Source: Paramecium tetraurelia (lineage: Eukaryota). Taken from it: 64,000 nt of DNA. Shown here piece by piece: positions 26,139-39,546 of the stretch (position 1 is its first letter; each line of letters starts with the position of its first letter). Under the pieces are notes generated by a model, which was not told where the DNA came from, did not search any database, and saw only the letters and a program-made list of their open reading frames with translations. Made by a program: the position numbers and the translations under genes. The stretch spans positions 124,001-188,000 of the forward strand of contig CT868677.1 of NCBI GenBank assembly GCA_000165425.1. The letters run 5' to 3'.

Positions 26139-27896
26139 GATTTTTAAGTTAAAAAATCGAATGTATTTTTTGAATTTTTTTATTCAGACAATTTATTCAG
26201 ACTTTAGTTTAAATGAATTTTGAGCAAATAGAAAGTGATTCTGACTTATAGTTCTTCAGATTTAAAAATAGTATCTATGTTAAAGCACATTGCAAAAAGA
26301 CCACAATTGTTTTGGTCATTGCCTAGATTATACTTTAGATTAAATTACTTAAAAATAAAGATTAACTTAAGAAGCAGTATTTAATAAATCTCTTTTACAT
26401 GATCAGGCAATGTAAAATTCTGTAGCATGATAATATAATAATATCACTCATTGAATCCAACAAAATTAAAATTAAAAAGAAAATTAAACAAGCAAAAAAC
26501 CGTTGCCTTTCATAGACTAATTATATATCACCTTTATTCGCAAGAGTAACTGGATAAATTCATTTGGGATTGAGTTAGGAGAAAGAAAGTATAGATAATA
26601 TATTTAGGTAGATGAATAACATCGTGCTTGGGTTAAATAATACATGAATACATAAACATAAAATAAACTTTGCTCTATGCGAAAAATATAACAGTACCTT
26701 TTGAAATATTTTCAATTAAGCAGAAATACCATTTCAAAGTAGGTTTAAATTAATTGTGAAATCTTAAGGTTTTACTTATAAGTTTGCATCAAAAATTAAT
26801 TTTAGAGCAACTACTAGTGTTAACAAAACAAGTAGTATTTGCACGCTTTAACAATTTTTCATCAGGTTAAAGATGAAACATAATTCATTTATATTGATGA
26901 AACAGAGAGAGGCAAATATTTTTTCACCAACGAGAATCAATATCATTGGAGCAATGAGTAAAGAGTTCCTAGTTTATGTGTAGATAAAATAAAACAAGAG
27001 TTTAGGGAAAAGATTAAAAAGTTGTATAGAACTCGAAATAAATTAGAAAAAAGTGTGTAACATTGATATAATTTATCAGATAAGGAGATAAAATATATCT
27101 AAATACCTCTATTATAAATTAAAATGAATTTGTTAAAATAGGAAAATGGGGAAAATATTTTTCAAATGCAGACTTACTTTCTAATTCGAATACAAGAAAA
27201 ATATTTCTCATCATTTTAAATTTTCAAAATGAAGAATAATTTTTGCAAATTAATTATAATTTATGGTTAGGAGAATTTATTTACACACAATGTTTTGAAG
27301 GGGATTCTAAATTTAAACTAATTTGAACTTACTCTTTGCTTTGACAAGTAGAATAATTTATTTTGGATTAATAAAATGATTAAAATGATGAAAAAGAAAT
27401 TCTTCTTTTAGAATTAACTCAATAAATATAGTTAGAGAATAAAGAATGGCAATTTATAATGTCACAGCATTTGAAGAACTAAAATTACAATATTAAAGTT
27501 TTGGAGATAGTATTTATATAATAAAAGAAATATAAAAGAGCTCATAGAATTAAAAAGATAAATTCATATAGAAATGAAAGACAGTATCAGCAAGAGTAAA
27601 AGTGTTGTGAACATATGCTTACATACATGTACAAAAGAAATTTGATTCTCACCTCATATTAATTATGGAGTACTATCCAGATTAAGATTCTTTAAAATTA
27701 CATTCAAATATAGATTTATATGATTATTTTTTTAAATGGTTTAATATTTTAGTATGAGAATGAAAAAGATTAATTTGTCATTTATGTTAATTGAGTTCCT
27801 CTTAATATTTATAAAATTATCTAATCATTTTCAATATATATCATCATTTAGTATTTAAGCGAAAAAGAAATTATTTTTAATTTAATATTATAGATA

Positions 27897-29531
27897 ATGA
27901 GTTGTGGATGCTTTGAAAAACCATTATCTCAGGAACTTAGAGATTTTCTGTAACAACAGTATACAGAATAATAATGTCCAAATAAGATAATTTTTACATC
28001 AAATCCAGAAAGCTTTAAAAACAAATATAATATAAATAAGAAAATTTGTTAAAAACAAAAAATATACACTATCGATTAATTAGCGAGCAAACAAAATGTC
28101 CAAAAAATGATTATGTCTGAGTTGGAGGCCGAACAATTTCAATTAGCCTACAATTACAGAAATATTCAAAAAGATTAATTCTCAGCACTTGCTTATGGCA
28201 ATAGTGGGTACACCTTTCGTTTAGAATTACAAGAGACATTAAATAATGGTAGTAACGTTTTAGTGATTGGAGAAAAAGGTTCAGGCAAATCAACTTTGAT
28301 TAATGCAGTTGGAAATTCTCTTCTTATAGATTATGCCGATAGATATAGATATCATATAGCAGAATATGATTTTAATGGATATTTATAAGAGTGTGATATG
28401 TGGGTAGAAAATGTAAAATTTAAATTTTTGGAGGTACTTGGTTATGGAGAAAATCTCTTATAGAATTAATAGATTATGTTGTAGACATACGAGTTTCTAA
28501 AAGAAAAAAACCTTTAAATAGATTGTATACTAATTTGTAGAAAATTTGGATATTAGGGTTTACAAACAAAAGAAAAATAGATAATATGCCATTTGGCTGA
28601 AGTATTTGGATAATAATATATAAAAAAATGTTTCTTAGTTAATACAAATTATGATCATGGAGATGAAAAACAGATTCTAAATTAATTATAAGGAGATTTA
28701 AATAGGATAAATACTATTTTTGATTAAATGCCAGACCCAAAAATTCTATTTGTTAATTCCTAAATAACACCTTTTGAAGGTAATGCAGGGGCTCATCGTT
28801 TTGAGACTGTTAAAGTGGCCAAAAATGCAATCACTAATCTTATTAATACTAATGCTTATAGACTTGCAATAATCAATTCAGATGCATTTAGACATAGAAG
28901 ATCAAAAGAAAATTCATTGAAATAAACAAAGGACTAAATTAAAACTAGTTTAATTTAATTATTGCCATGCTTAGAAAATTATTTCTAAATCTGCGAAATC
29001 AATGAAAATGATGATCTATTCTATGCAAATTCAGTTTTTTGGAGTACTCTGAAAAATGATGAAAGAGTTAAAGAGAGCAAGGTTTTAAGCGTAATCTTAG
29101 AAGAAATAATATTACCTGATTCTGATTTACTATTAATTGAAAAAGAATTTGAAAAACTTGAACTATTGAATTCTCTTACTCTTGATTTTGAAAGATAAAA
29201 AAGAAGAAAAAATGAAGCCACTTACAAAAAATAATTCAATCGTTAAAAGGAGAAATTAACTGTTGAAAAAGATAGGTGGTTATAAAACATTATTGAATTA
29301 GCTGATTATTACATAAATGAATAGCAACAATTTTTACAGGAAACCTATGTTTATTAATAAGAGTCAAGGGAACAGCTAATTACTAATAATATGAATAATC
29401 AATTGAAATTATATTTATAATAGGATTAGGGTTTTGACAATGTACAATTAAAGCAAGAATTTGAGGTTATTAGATAAAGATTGTTTTTACCAAATACAAA
29501 TTTATTTGCAACACAGATCATTGCATTATGA
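27897..29531 (+). CDS. P-loop GTPase, AIG1/GIMAP/septin-like, with C-terminal coiled coil (544 aa)
   Basis: 1635-nt ORF (no intron needed); Walker A 'VLVIGEKGSGKSTLINAV', G3 position 'FLEVLGYG', 'LAEVFGQQYIKKCFLVNTNYD'. Confidence 0.75.
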
Positions 29532-29660
29532 ATATAAATAATAGATAGAAAATATATTATTTAAAACTTTATATTATTTATTGTTTTTGGGATTTTTTGA
29601 GGGTTGGTAATAACTTTGTTTATGAATTATAAATATTTGTGTTGTAATAATTTAATTAAA

Positions 29661-30073
29661 ATGGCTTTATGGAATGTGTTTCAGAAGGCAGGATAACTAT
29701 CAACAGTCTCTGCAGTATTTAAGTAGTATTTATTTAAAAGCAAGCTGAGTGTTAATATAAAGTAAAAATATAGCAATAAGTCATGACACAGCATCATGGA
29801 TGGATGTTAAGGTATGATATTTTAGAATAAAATCCAAATAAATGGCGATAAGTTTTTAGTAAATCTTATAGAGACTTCAATAACTATGGGACTAGAAGTA
29901 TATAAAAAGTTGAAAAATAGCTGTGTTTACAAGATGCACATTATTTTTGATAGGGTGTTGGTTATTTATTTTGTTTATATGCAAAACAAAGGTTTGATTG
30001 GTTAGATTATCACGATCCCAAATTTGAATAAAAGACTTATGGTGATTTAGAAGAAGGAGGTGATGATGATTGA
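29661..30073 (+). CDS. Small multi-intron protein with a probable TM segment and acidic tail
   Basis: Starts MALWNVFQKAG, ends 'FDWLDYHDPKFEQKTYGDLEEGGDDD*'; several GT..AG mini-introns are required and exact junctions are ambiguous. Confidence 0.55.
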
Positions 30074-30151
30074 GAATTAATGAAAAATATCAATAAAGAA
30101 AGAAAAATTAGTCGAAAGATCCTCTATATTATTATATAAATTTAAATTATA

Positions 30152-32095
30152 ATGAATCCTCCCCCTAGTAATAAGATAATAAACTGTCCTGGCAAAAGGG
30201 TTTCAGATTACCTATTTGTAAAGGAGATAGGAAAAGGAGCCTTTGGATAGGTATCAATATTCATTTAGATAGGTATTTCAAGCGAAAAACTTGCTAACTA
30301 ATGAAGTGGTTGCCATAAAATGTATAGCAAGATCGAAATTAACTGATCATGGAGGAATAGTTGGATAATTAATTCAAAGTGAGGTGGAAGTGCTAAAATA
30401 AATCAATAATCAGCATGTTGTGAGATTAGTGCAGTATTTAGAATCTGCAAATTAGTGCTATATTGTGTTAGAATATTGCAATTGTAATAATTAGATTAAT
30501 ACATCAGCTGGTGATTTTGAATAATTATGGCAAAGTAGAAACAAAAGAATTCCAGAGAATGAAGCTACCAACTATATGAAATAGGTATTGGCTGGCATGT
30601 AAGCCCTACATGAGAAGAATATATTACATCGAGATCTTAAGCTAGCCAACATTTTAATACATAATTCCACTTTAAAAATTGCAGATTTAGGATTCTGTAA
30701 ATAATTGAGTGACCCGAATCAATAAGAAAAATTGAGTCTAGGATCATTGGGAAACATGGCTCCAGAAGTCGTCGAATAACAGCCTTATGGGATGGCAGCA
30801 GATATGTTTTCCATTGGAAGCATGTTTTATCAACTTATTTTTGGATAATTCCCATTTACTAATCAAAGTTAATAAAAATTTTTGGATGACATAAACAACA
30901 GTAAAATATTTAAATCCCTATAAAAGATAAACCAAATTTCAGAAGAAATGGTTTAGTGATTTCTTTAGAATTAGAATAGCTATTAGAGAGAATGTTAATG
31001 AAGGATCCAAATCGGAGATTGAAGTGGAGTGAACTTTATTCCCATCCATTGATGCAATAAAAAGATTTAAGTAGAAATAGACTCTATATTAGGATATGCT
31101 TAATTATCTTTGAATGCCATCCAAGCTGATTTAATAAACACAAAGGAGATGGAACAATTTTACAAAGATAAGGATCAAAATAAAATGGTGGAAAAGCCTT
31201 AAGATATTCTTTCTAGATTAAATATTAATAAATAATAAGAATTTTAGATTAATAGGGTTGTTTCTTAATAATTAATTGAAGATGAAGGTACCCCAGGTCA
31301 GCTAGAAGACAATATTAAATAAGTAGAATAATTGTAACAAAACATGGAACAACAAATACAAGAAGATAAATTGGTTGAATATTATATTGATAAGTATATG
31401 AGATTGAGAGATGAGATTGTCTATGTTTCAAGAACTTTAAATGAAGCATATGAAAATCTTGGATTAGATTAATGCTGTTTACTTTGCCTTGTTTTAGCTA
31501 AAAAGATTTATATCTTAAATGAAAGATTGACCAAAACTCTATTAGAGAAAGATAATATCTTCTAAATTAATGATAGAATATTGATCAAAATATACGCGCA
31601 TCAACATTTCGAAAAGTTTATTTAATAAATTGTAGAAGAAACAACATTTGCGAAAGATTATGTGACTTATTTTGCAGAATCATTATAGTATCAAAAATAT
31701 TTTATAATTTTAGACATCAGCCCAAGCTCTTATAAAACAAATAAGGTTGGCATTCAGAGATTAATAAAGAAATTTCTCCATAATTCAATTAAATCTTTAA
31801 AGAAGTTCTAAATGACTTCGTGTTCAAATTAATGGAAAAGACTCATGATAATAATATGAAAAAAGAGTATGACGATGAGAAAAAAAAATCAGACAATAAG
31901 CATTTATTCTAATTACAAATACATCTAATTGACTGCAGTAAATATGATAAAAAATATAATTAACATGGAGTAATATAAAAACTATTTAATTATTAGAAAG
32001 TGAATATTTACGAGTAATTTGATGGACTAGCCAATAAACCAGTTTTCGAATAATAGTAATTAGCATAGCAGAGATTTGATGAAATGTTTGATTGA
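30152..32095 (+). CDS. Ser/Thr protein kinase, ULK/ATG1-like ciliate family
   Basis: GKGAFG, VAIK, HRDLKLANILI, IADLGF (DLG for DFG), MAPE; several mini-introns; long helical C-terminal region. Confidence 0.88.
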
Positions 32096-32143
32096 ATCCT
32101 AAAGTTTTAATTAATATATAAATATAATAAATTTCAGTTTCAA

Positions 32144-32464
32144 ATGGCAGATGAAAATTTAGAATAAATTATTGATATGCCAGAGCAATCAGATATGATC
32201 AATGATGCCAGAACATAAGTAAATATGAATTTATTTCAAGGCTAAATATGCAGTTGAACATTTTAAAGTTGAATCACAAATCTCTAATTACATCAAGAAG
32301 TTTTTCGATGAAAAATATGGTCCAAATTGGCATTGTGTTGTTGGTAATTATATAAATTGAAATAAAAAGGAAAACATTTCAATTCATACTCATCATACGA
32401 AAGCAAGCGTTATATGTTTTTTTACGAAGGATAAATGGCAATATTACTTTACAAGATGGGTTGA
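32144..32464 (+). CDS. Dynein light chain LC8 family protein
   Basis: 'ISNYIKKFFDEKYGPNWHCVVG|KHFNSYSSYESKRYMFFYEGQMAILLYKMG*'; two mini-introns. Confidence 0.92.
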
Positions 32465-32487
32465 TCAATAAAACAATATTATTAAAT

Positions 32488-34760
32488 ATGAATACCTATT
32501 CCAATTACCTTCTAATAATTCCTTTATATAATAATTATTTTAAACATGCAATAACATAAGACATTCAAATTCTCTAATCAATATTGAAACACCTCCCACA
32601 CAACCTCAGCATTTAACACGCTAAATCCTTTACAACCACATAAAAACAAAAACGTATAATCTATTAAATCAAAGATGACCTAGCAATCTTCAAGAACCTT
32701 GAAAAGCTTGTAAATATTTAATATATCCTAATTATCCCTATTAAACGAATTAGAAAAATAAGTTAAATAATTAGAGCGAAAAATGACTCAAAAATGTAAA
32801 GTAGAATATAGATTGCTAACTCCATATTAGATTGGTAATAAATTAATGGAAATCAATGGAATTGAAAAAAATTATCATTCTCAGATAATTTTGACTGTCA
32901 TAAATTGAAGCGACATTTAAGGTAGAAGAATGCATTGTGCACTTATCAGATATATAAAGGCTACGTGGTGTGGACCTTGTAAAATTCCTATGAATCAGAA
33001 CCAATAAATACTTTAGTAAAAGGAGCAAACACTGGAAAAATAAAGTAAAAATAATTGCTATCTCCCTTGATAAAGATTCGCAGAATGTTATTCAAAGATT
33101 TAAATAAAGAGAATGGGGGCTTATTGAACATTATAGAGTAAAAAATGGAACTGAAGCTTATTCGCCTAAATTACTTTAAATAGAATATATTCCATTTTTC
33201 GATCTGATAAATAAATGGGGGAAGATAGTCTTTCAAAGTGGAACTTCAAGTTACTTAAATAAATCAATTAATTTAAGCAGAATAAGATATTAATTCTGTA
33301 GAAGACAATACTAATTATTAAGAATTATTCTTCATTAAACAAAGTAGATTTTAAGGTATTAAAACTCAATCTAAAATGCATTTAGAAACAACTTGAAATA
33401 ATACAATTATAAAATTAATTCTAATTTTGAATTACAAAAGTGGATATTTGGAATAATGATGGAACTAAGAATACTAATTCCAGATCTAACTCAGTTTAGT
33501 TTATAATATATATAAATAATATGAAGATTCTCTAAAATCATTACTAGAAAGATTTTAGATTAATGTTTCGTGAAAATTTAACATTACCTTTTCTAGAATT
33601 AGAGATCTTTAAACAATTGAATAGGAGATCAAATAATTATTTCAGGATATTTTTTATATTTTTTAGTGATATATTTAGAGTATCACAATTTCTATGAATT
33701 ATACTGTTAATATTCGTCTTATATTGATCCAACACTTAATTTTTAAAAGATGTAATGATTTTTGGATATCATTACAGAATTTCAATGAAGAAATATGTTT
33801 CAATACTAAGAAATCATTAAATATACTAAAATTTATACATAAGCCATCCTGAATCTTATTACTATGATTAAAAAAATATGAATGAATTGACTAATTTTCT
33901 CAAGAAATCCGAAATATTTGTATATAAATAACTTGAAATTCCAGACAAACAGTAATCAGATGAAATTGAATAAGTGAAAGATAATCTTTATAAGAAGAAA
34001 TGGTAATAGAAATCAATATAGATTAAAAAATTAATATTACGAAAAATAAAGTAATTTTACAAAATCCAAACTTAATTATTTTTAGAGACTCATAATAGGA
34101 AGCATTTTAATAGATCTTAAATTTAAATTTCAGATAAGTCCTTAAAATGATTGGATTACTGCAGAGACAGTTTCAAAATCAATCTCTACTCAATATCTAA
34201 TAAATAATGTGTCTTTTTTTTTCTCAAGATATATCCTGTGAATACTAACAATATTACTCTCCTTTTAAGAATGAAATATGCATGTGCGTTTTGTACTGAA
34301 TTTGATGATTAAGCCAAAGTTGGAAAGGATAGATTTGATTTTTATTAATGGACCTTTAACAAATTTATCAGTGTTTTATTATTAGTAATAATAATTTATC
34401 GATATTGGATATTGATGAACATAAGATAGAGCAAAATGTTTAACTTAAAAATGGTCAAATAGGAAATCATAAATTCTCAGATATTATAACATGTAGTGGT
34501 TGTTTTGAAGGTTCCATTTGGTTTAGATATAATTTGGATACAAATTTGGATTATAAATTGTAGTTAACGCAAACCTGGTATATATTAACCTGATGTATTG
34601 TCACAATATTTAGTATAATTAGATTGATATTATTGATTAAATACAAATAATACAATTTAACTAATAAAATGATAGGGCTATGTTGAATGTTCTTCAAAAT
34701 GTTTTGAGATCTTGAAAAAAAATGGATTAAAGTATGCTTAACATTCGATTGATTTATATG
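32488..34760 (+). pseudogene. Frameshifted TlpA/thioredoxin-like gene, possibly with a ZZ-type zinc finger remnant
   Basis: 'ATWCGPC' at 32960-32980; in another frame 'HWKNKVKIIAISLD...IEYIPFFDLINKWGKIVF'; later 'CAFC' and 'HKFSDIITCSGCFEGSIWFRY'. Multiple frame breaks not explained by introns; boundaries approximate. Confidence 0.55.
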
Positions 34761-35105
34761 CTAATTTTGGAATTAGCAGTGATACACTATTTATAAGGAT
34801 TCTATTTAATTATGGATCTTATAGAAAAAATTTTAATATAAAAATTAAAGCAAAACAAAATTTCCTTATAAATTTTTCTATGTCTCATTCAATTATATCT
34901 CAATTACTCTTAAGAATCAAAATCATGAGATGGCATTTTTTGATCTTAACCGAAATTATTAGGATTGAGTTCAAGATGTACTAGCATTTGGTGGATTGGT
35001 TCCTGACATTTTTGATCTAAAAAATTTCGTAATTTATTAGGAGAAGTTTTCTTCTGGAATTAAGTGATAATGCTTACTTACGATTATAATAAAAGTTATA
35101 AAAAT

Positions 35106-35707
35106 ATGATAGATTTACTTCATTAATATATTTATTTTTTTTAATTTAACAGTTTTACGGCATCAAAGGTGAAAAAAGAATGCATAAAATTAGGATATTA
35201 AATTAGTAATGAAATGAAAATAGTTATTATTGACTTTTATAACCGATCATTGCATTAAGACATAAATCTGATTACATTAGACATAATCTAGAGGAAAAAT
35301 ATGGTAATTCATTTAGTTAAGCATTTAGAGCAATGCTTTTCGATCTTAATATATTCAAAAGGTTCATTTGTGTCACTTTCATTTTTACATCCAGATGATT
35401 ATTTATTAGAATTGAGATCTCCTGAACATCATATTCTTGCCATTTATAATTGTAAAAATAATTTTACAATTATCATCTATACCTCCATCTTATACTCCTC
35501 CTCCATTGATTCCTGATCCTAAGGTTGTTCCTTTAAACAGAAATTTAAATCATCCATTACATGCTTCTCAAACAGTTTAATTGTAATTATTACTTTAATT
35601 ATAGTTAACAATCACCTCGGTCTAAGATCTTGGATTGTCCAACTCAATATTCAACTTATTATGCTAATAAGTATTATGATGGGTATTACAGAAGAGGGTA
35701 TTGGTGA
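35106..35707 (+). pseudogene. Frameshifted gene with a divergent dynein-light-chain-like domain
   Basis: 'KSDYIRHNLEEKY|EQCFSILIY' resembles the LC8 helix-strand; Pro-rich segment; ends 'YYRRGYW*'; at least two frame breaks. Confidence 0.35.
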
Positions 35708-35748
35708 GATCAATAAATTCTTATTTTATTAATAAAATTTAACAATTG

Positions 35749-38700
35749 ATGCAGTCTTTAAGAAATGCTAATATTCAATAATTAGAAAGGCCAAGGGGGG
35801 GAAGTGTAAATGCAAAATCGTTTCTGAAGAATGCACAAAATAGTAATAAAGGAGAATCATAATCATTTTTTTTATAAGCAAATAATTCAAAAAAGACATT
35901 CGAATCTTAAATGCCCAATAAAAATTAAACCTCTTAACATGATCCTCATTTAAGTTATTTGAATAATTTATAAAGCTCTGAAAAATAAATAAAAAATCAG
36001 AAATTGTCTACATTAACATCAAAATTCTCAACTCAAAATTTGAAATATTTGAGTCCTTCAAATATTAATACTACAAAAGTAGATACACCATCTGATAATA
36101 AATAATTCTTTATCCAAACAGCAAGAGTGAATTCTTTATTGTAAGAAATATCTGACATTAAACTACAAAATGAAAAAGTCAAATAGTTTTATTAATCCTA
36201 AATTCATAATCTGTAGAACAATTAAGACTAATTGAAGATTGAAAATCTTAGCTTATCGAACGCAATGAAGGGATTGACTCAATAACTTTCTGATGCCAGA
36301 TAAATTATGCAGAGAATTTATCAATAAACAGATCTTGAAGAATTAAATAATTCCTTTGATTAGATTGACTTCAACAATAATCCTAATATCTAATAGGCAT
36401 TTTATCAATTTCAATCAGAAATATTCCAATTCATTTACGAATATTAAAGCCAAACAAATTAGAAAATTCAATAGAAATAATAATAACTAAACAAAATCAT
36501 TATTAAATTGAATTAAATTATATAAAAATAAAAAGGAATTGATCATAAATCCATCATATACGATTTGTAGTAGACGAACACTAGTCTCCTTAATCAACTC
36601 AAATCTTAAGAAGTTTAATTGAAACTTGTTCATAAGAAAACCACAGCTCCAATTTCCAATGAGCTTGAAGAATAAATTAATGAATTCAAGAAACATCACT
36701 AATATATTATCAATAATCTGGAATAAGAGAAGGAAATTGCAGTTGAGTAAGAAGCATAACTCAAAAAGGAATTCTAAATAAGGATTTAGAAGTTGGAATA
36801 AGAACTTAGTCTATTATTAGATGAAAATTAGAGAAAAGAATAACTTATATCTGAATTAAATGACTTAAATCAATCAAAAGTGCTTCAAGTAAAATTATCA
36901 TAATATTTAGATGCAAAAATAAGAAGAATTATAATTATTAACAGATAAATTATAAGAAAGTATTAACATTTAAGTTAATCTAAATGACTAAATAGTAATA
37001 CTGAAATAAAATTGTAATAGTCTCTTAAACGATTTTGAAAAATAACTTTTTGAGATATAGAAACTATAGAAAGAAAAACAATATTTTCAGACCTAATTCG
37101 AGAATTAACAAAATGAGAATATGGAATTATTGAATAAACAATAATTATAAGATGAAAATCATTAAATCTAAATTGATTCATTAAAAAATGAATGGCAATA
37201 ATAAAATTATTCATTATCTGAAAAATTAAAAATTAATGAATCAAAATTAAATAAATTATAAGACAATAATAATACTTTGTAGAAGTAAAAATAAGAACTT
37301 CAAAATGAAATTAAATTATTTCAAAATGAAACTAATAAATTTAAAGATTAGATTGATTAAATCTAATAATTTTGACTTAAAATTAATAAATAGAATTAAA
37401 CCATTTAAGACTTAATTTAGTAGAATTAATCATATGAGAATATGATTAACAAAAATGCAACTGAGAAGGGAGGTATTAGAAAAATAAATTGTTGAATTAA
37501 AATAAAATAGTTAATAAGTTTCCTAAAATAAATAACATGAATAGCCTAGAGATTCTAAGAATGAAGATAAACAATCTGAAATTAAAACACTTTTAATAAA
37601 CAACTGTGGATTATAAAATCAAATTAAATAAGAGTAACTAAATTAATAACAACTCAAAACTTAAATTGCTAATCTATAAAATGATATCATATTATATCAA
37701 TAATAAAAAACATAAATAGAGTAACAATTAGGTCAACAATAAAAGTATAATTAAGAGTTGCTAATGTAAATGGAGGAATTAACACAAAATAACTTAGATT
37801 AATAAGAATAATAGGCAAATGAATGGCAAAGTCAATATAGTATGCTAACTCAAAAATAGAATTAATCCGACCAGAATCTAAATCAAGCACTTTAGATGAA
37901 TAAAGAGTTAGGAGTAAGAGTTCTAGAGTTGGAATAGAAATTAGAGGAGGAAATAGATCGAAATTAATAATTAGTTGAGGAATCAAAGAAGTATTCAATT
38001 GATTCGAAACAAAAAGAAGTTGAAATCGGTCAATTTAAATCGCAAATATAAATGTTAGCTTAACAGCTTAACAATCTCGAAAAGGAGAAATCAGATTTAA
38101 AGGCAATTCAATAAAATGGGTATGTTTAAGAGATATAGGAATATTAAAATTAAACCAGGCATTTAGAATAAGAAAACTAAGTGTTATAAGAAAAGTTGAG
38201 GTTGCACTCAAATACTTGTATTTAGGAAATATAAAAATATTAATTAAAAATATAATAGTATGAAAATGAATCAAAAGAGAATTAAAATAACTAAAGATAA
38301 CTCAACGATAGGTTACAAGAAACTTTAAAAAATTTGGAATAGATCTAATAATAATTACATGAAGAATAGTTTAAATCTCAGTAACTAATGAAATAGTTAT
38401 CAAGCTTATCAGAAAATAAGAGTTCATCTTAGCCTAATTAGGATTTTATGGATCTATTCGACGTTTAATAATCTCCAAGAGGTTAACAAATAGGAACTGT
38501 TCAATTACCTGAAACAAGCTAATCAGAAGAGTAGATTTCTGTATTATCATAGTAGCTCCATTTATTATAATTGCAAATAAAATAATAGAATTGGAGTCTA
38601 GAAGAGAAAGATATAATTATTAATGAAATAAATCAACAGAAATCATAAATAGAGAATAGTTGGAATAAGTCAAAAGAAGAAATAAAAAAATTAGAGGGCG

Positions 38701-39506
38701 AAATCTTTGATTTGAAATAAGAATTGCAAAGTTTGGATCAACTAATAAAAGATATTAATCATTATTAATAAAAGATATCGAATTAATAATAGATCATTCA
38801 AAGTCTGTAAAAATAAATTGAGGATTTATAAAAAGAATCATAGGAATAAGAATATAAACTAACTATCTAATAATAAAGTGAAAAATAGTTGGTAAATAAA
38901 GAATTGTTATAATAAAAAGATGAGGAAATTTTGAAATTATAAGAGGAAATGAAAAATATTTATTAAAAGGTAGAGTAAAGAATGAATAAGTCTGTAATTA
39001 GTAATGGATCTAAAAGGAGTTAAAATATAGTGAAATTTGAATAGTTTGAAGATTTAGATGAAAATGATGTTTCTGTTGAATCAATGGATGAGGAATAAAT
39101 CCTTGAGAAATTTTAGTTACAAAAAGTATTAAAAGAAAACAATGATAAAATTATTCTGAATTAACAGGAATTAAAATAAAAGGAACAAGAGATTTTAGAT
39201 CTAAAAGAAGAAGTTAGTAGATTGAAAGGATAATAATATAACTAATTTTTGAATAGATAAGGAGCTGGTCATAAAAATGAAGAGAATAATAAAGAAATGA
39301 TGTAAAAATAATAGAATGAAATTTTGGATTTACAAAAAGAAGTCGAAATTTAAAATTAAATGATTTAATAGTTGTTAGATGAAAAAAAGTATTAATTTAT
39401 ATTTTAACCAAGACTTCTTGAAGAAATCATCCAAACATAATAAAATAACAATTAATCTATCAAGGAGCATTCTCAGTTTAATGAAATTAATGATTGGTTT
39501 AATTGA
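35749..39506 (+). CDS. Long coiled-coil protein, disrupted by many frameshifts as assembled
   Basis: Q/E/K/N-rich heptad-like sequence from MQSLRNANIQ to 'INDWFN*'. Frame break near 35870 and a cluster at ~37370-38400. Confidence 0.6.
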
Positions 39507-39546
39507 TTATATTTATTTTATTATTATTGCTGTTTTCAATAAAAGA

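Noticed and set aside
19186..27896. Transposon (Tc1/mariner, piggyBac or retroelement)
   Set aside because: No DDE, reverse transcriptase or terminal inverted repeat signature was recognisable by eye; a profile search would be needed to exclude old remnants.
32881..33100. Selenoprotein (TGA = Sec) reading of the thioredoxin-like fragment
   Set aside because: The active site is CGPC with Cys codons, breaks are frameshifts rather than a single in-frame TGA, and no SECIS was evident.
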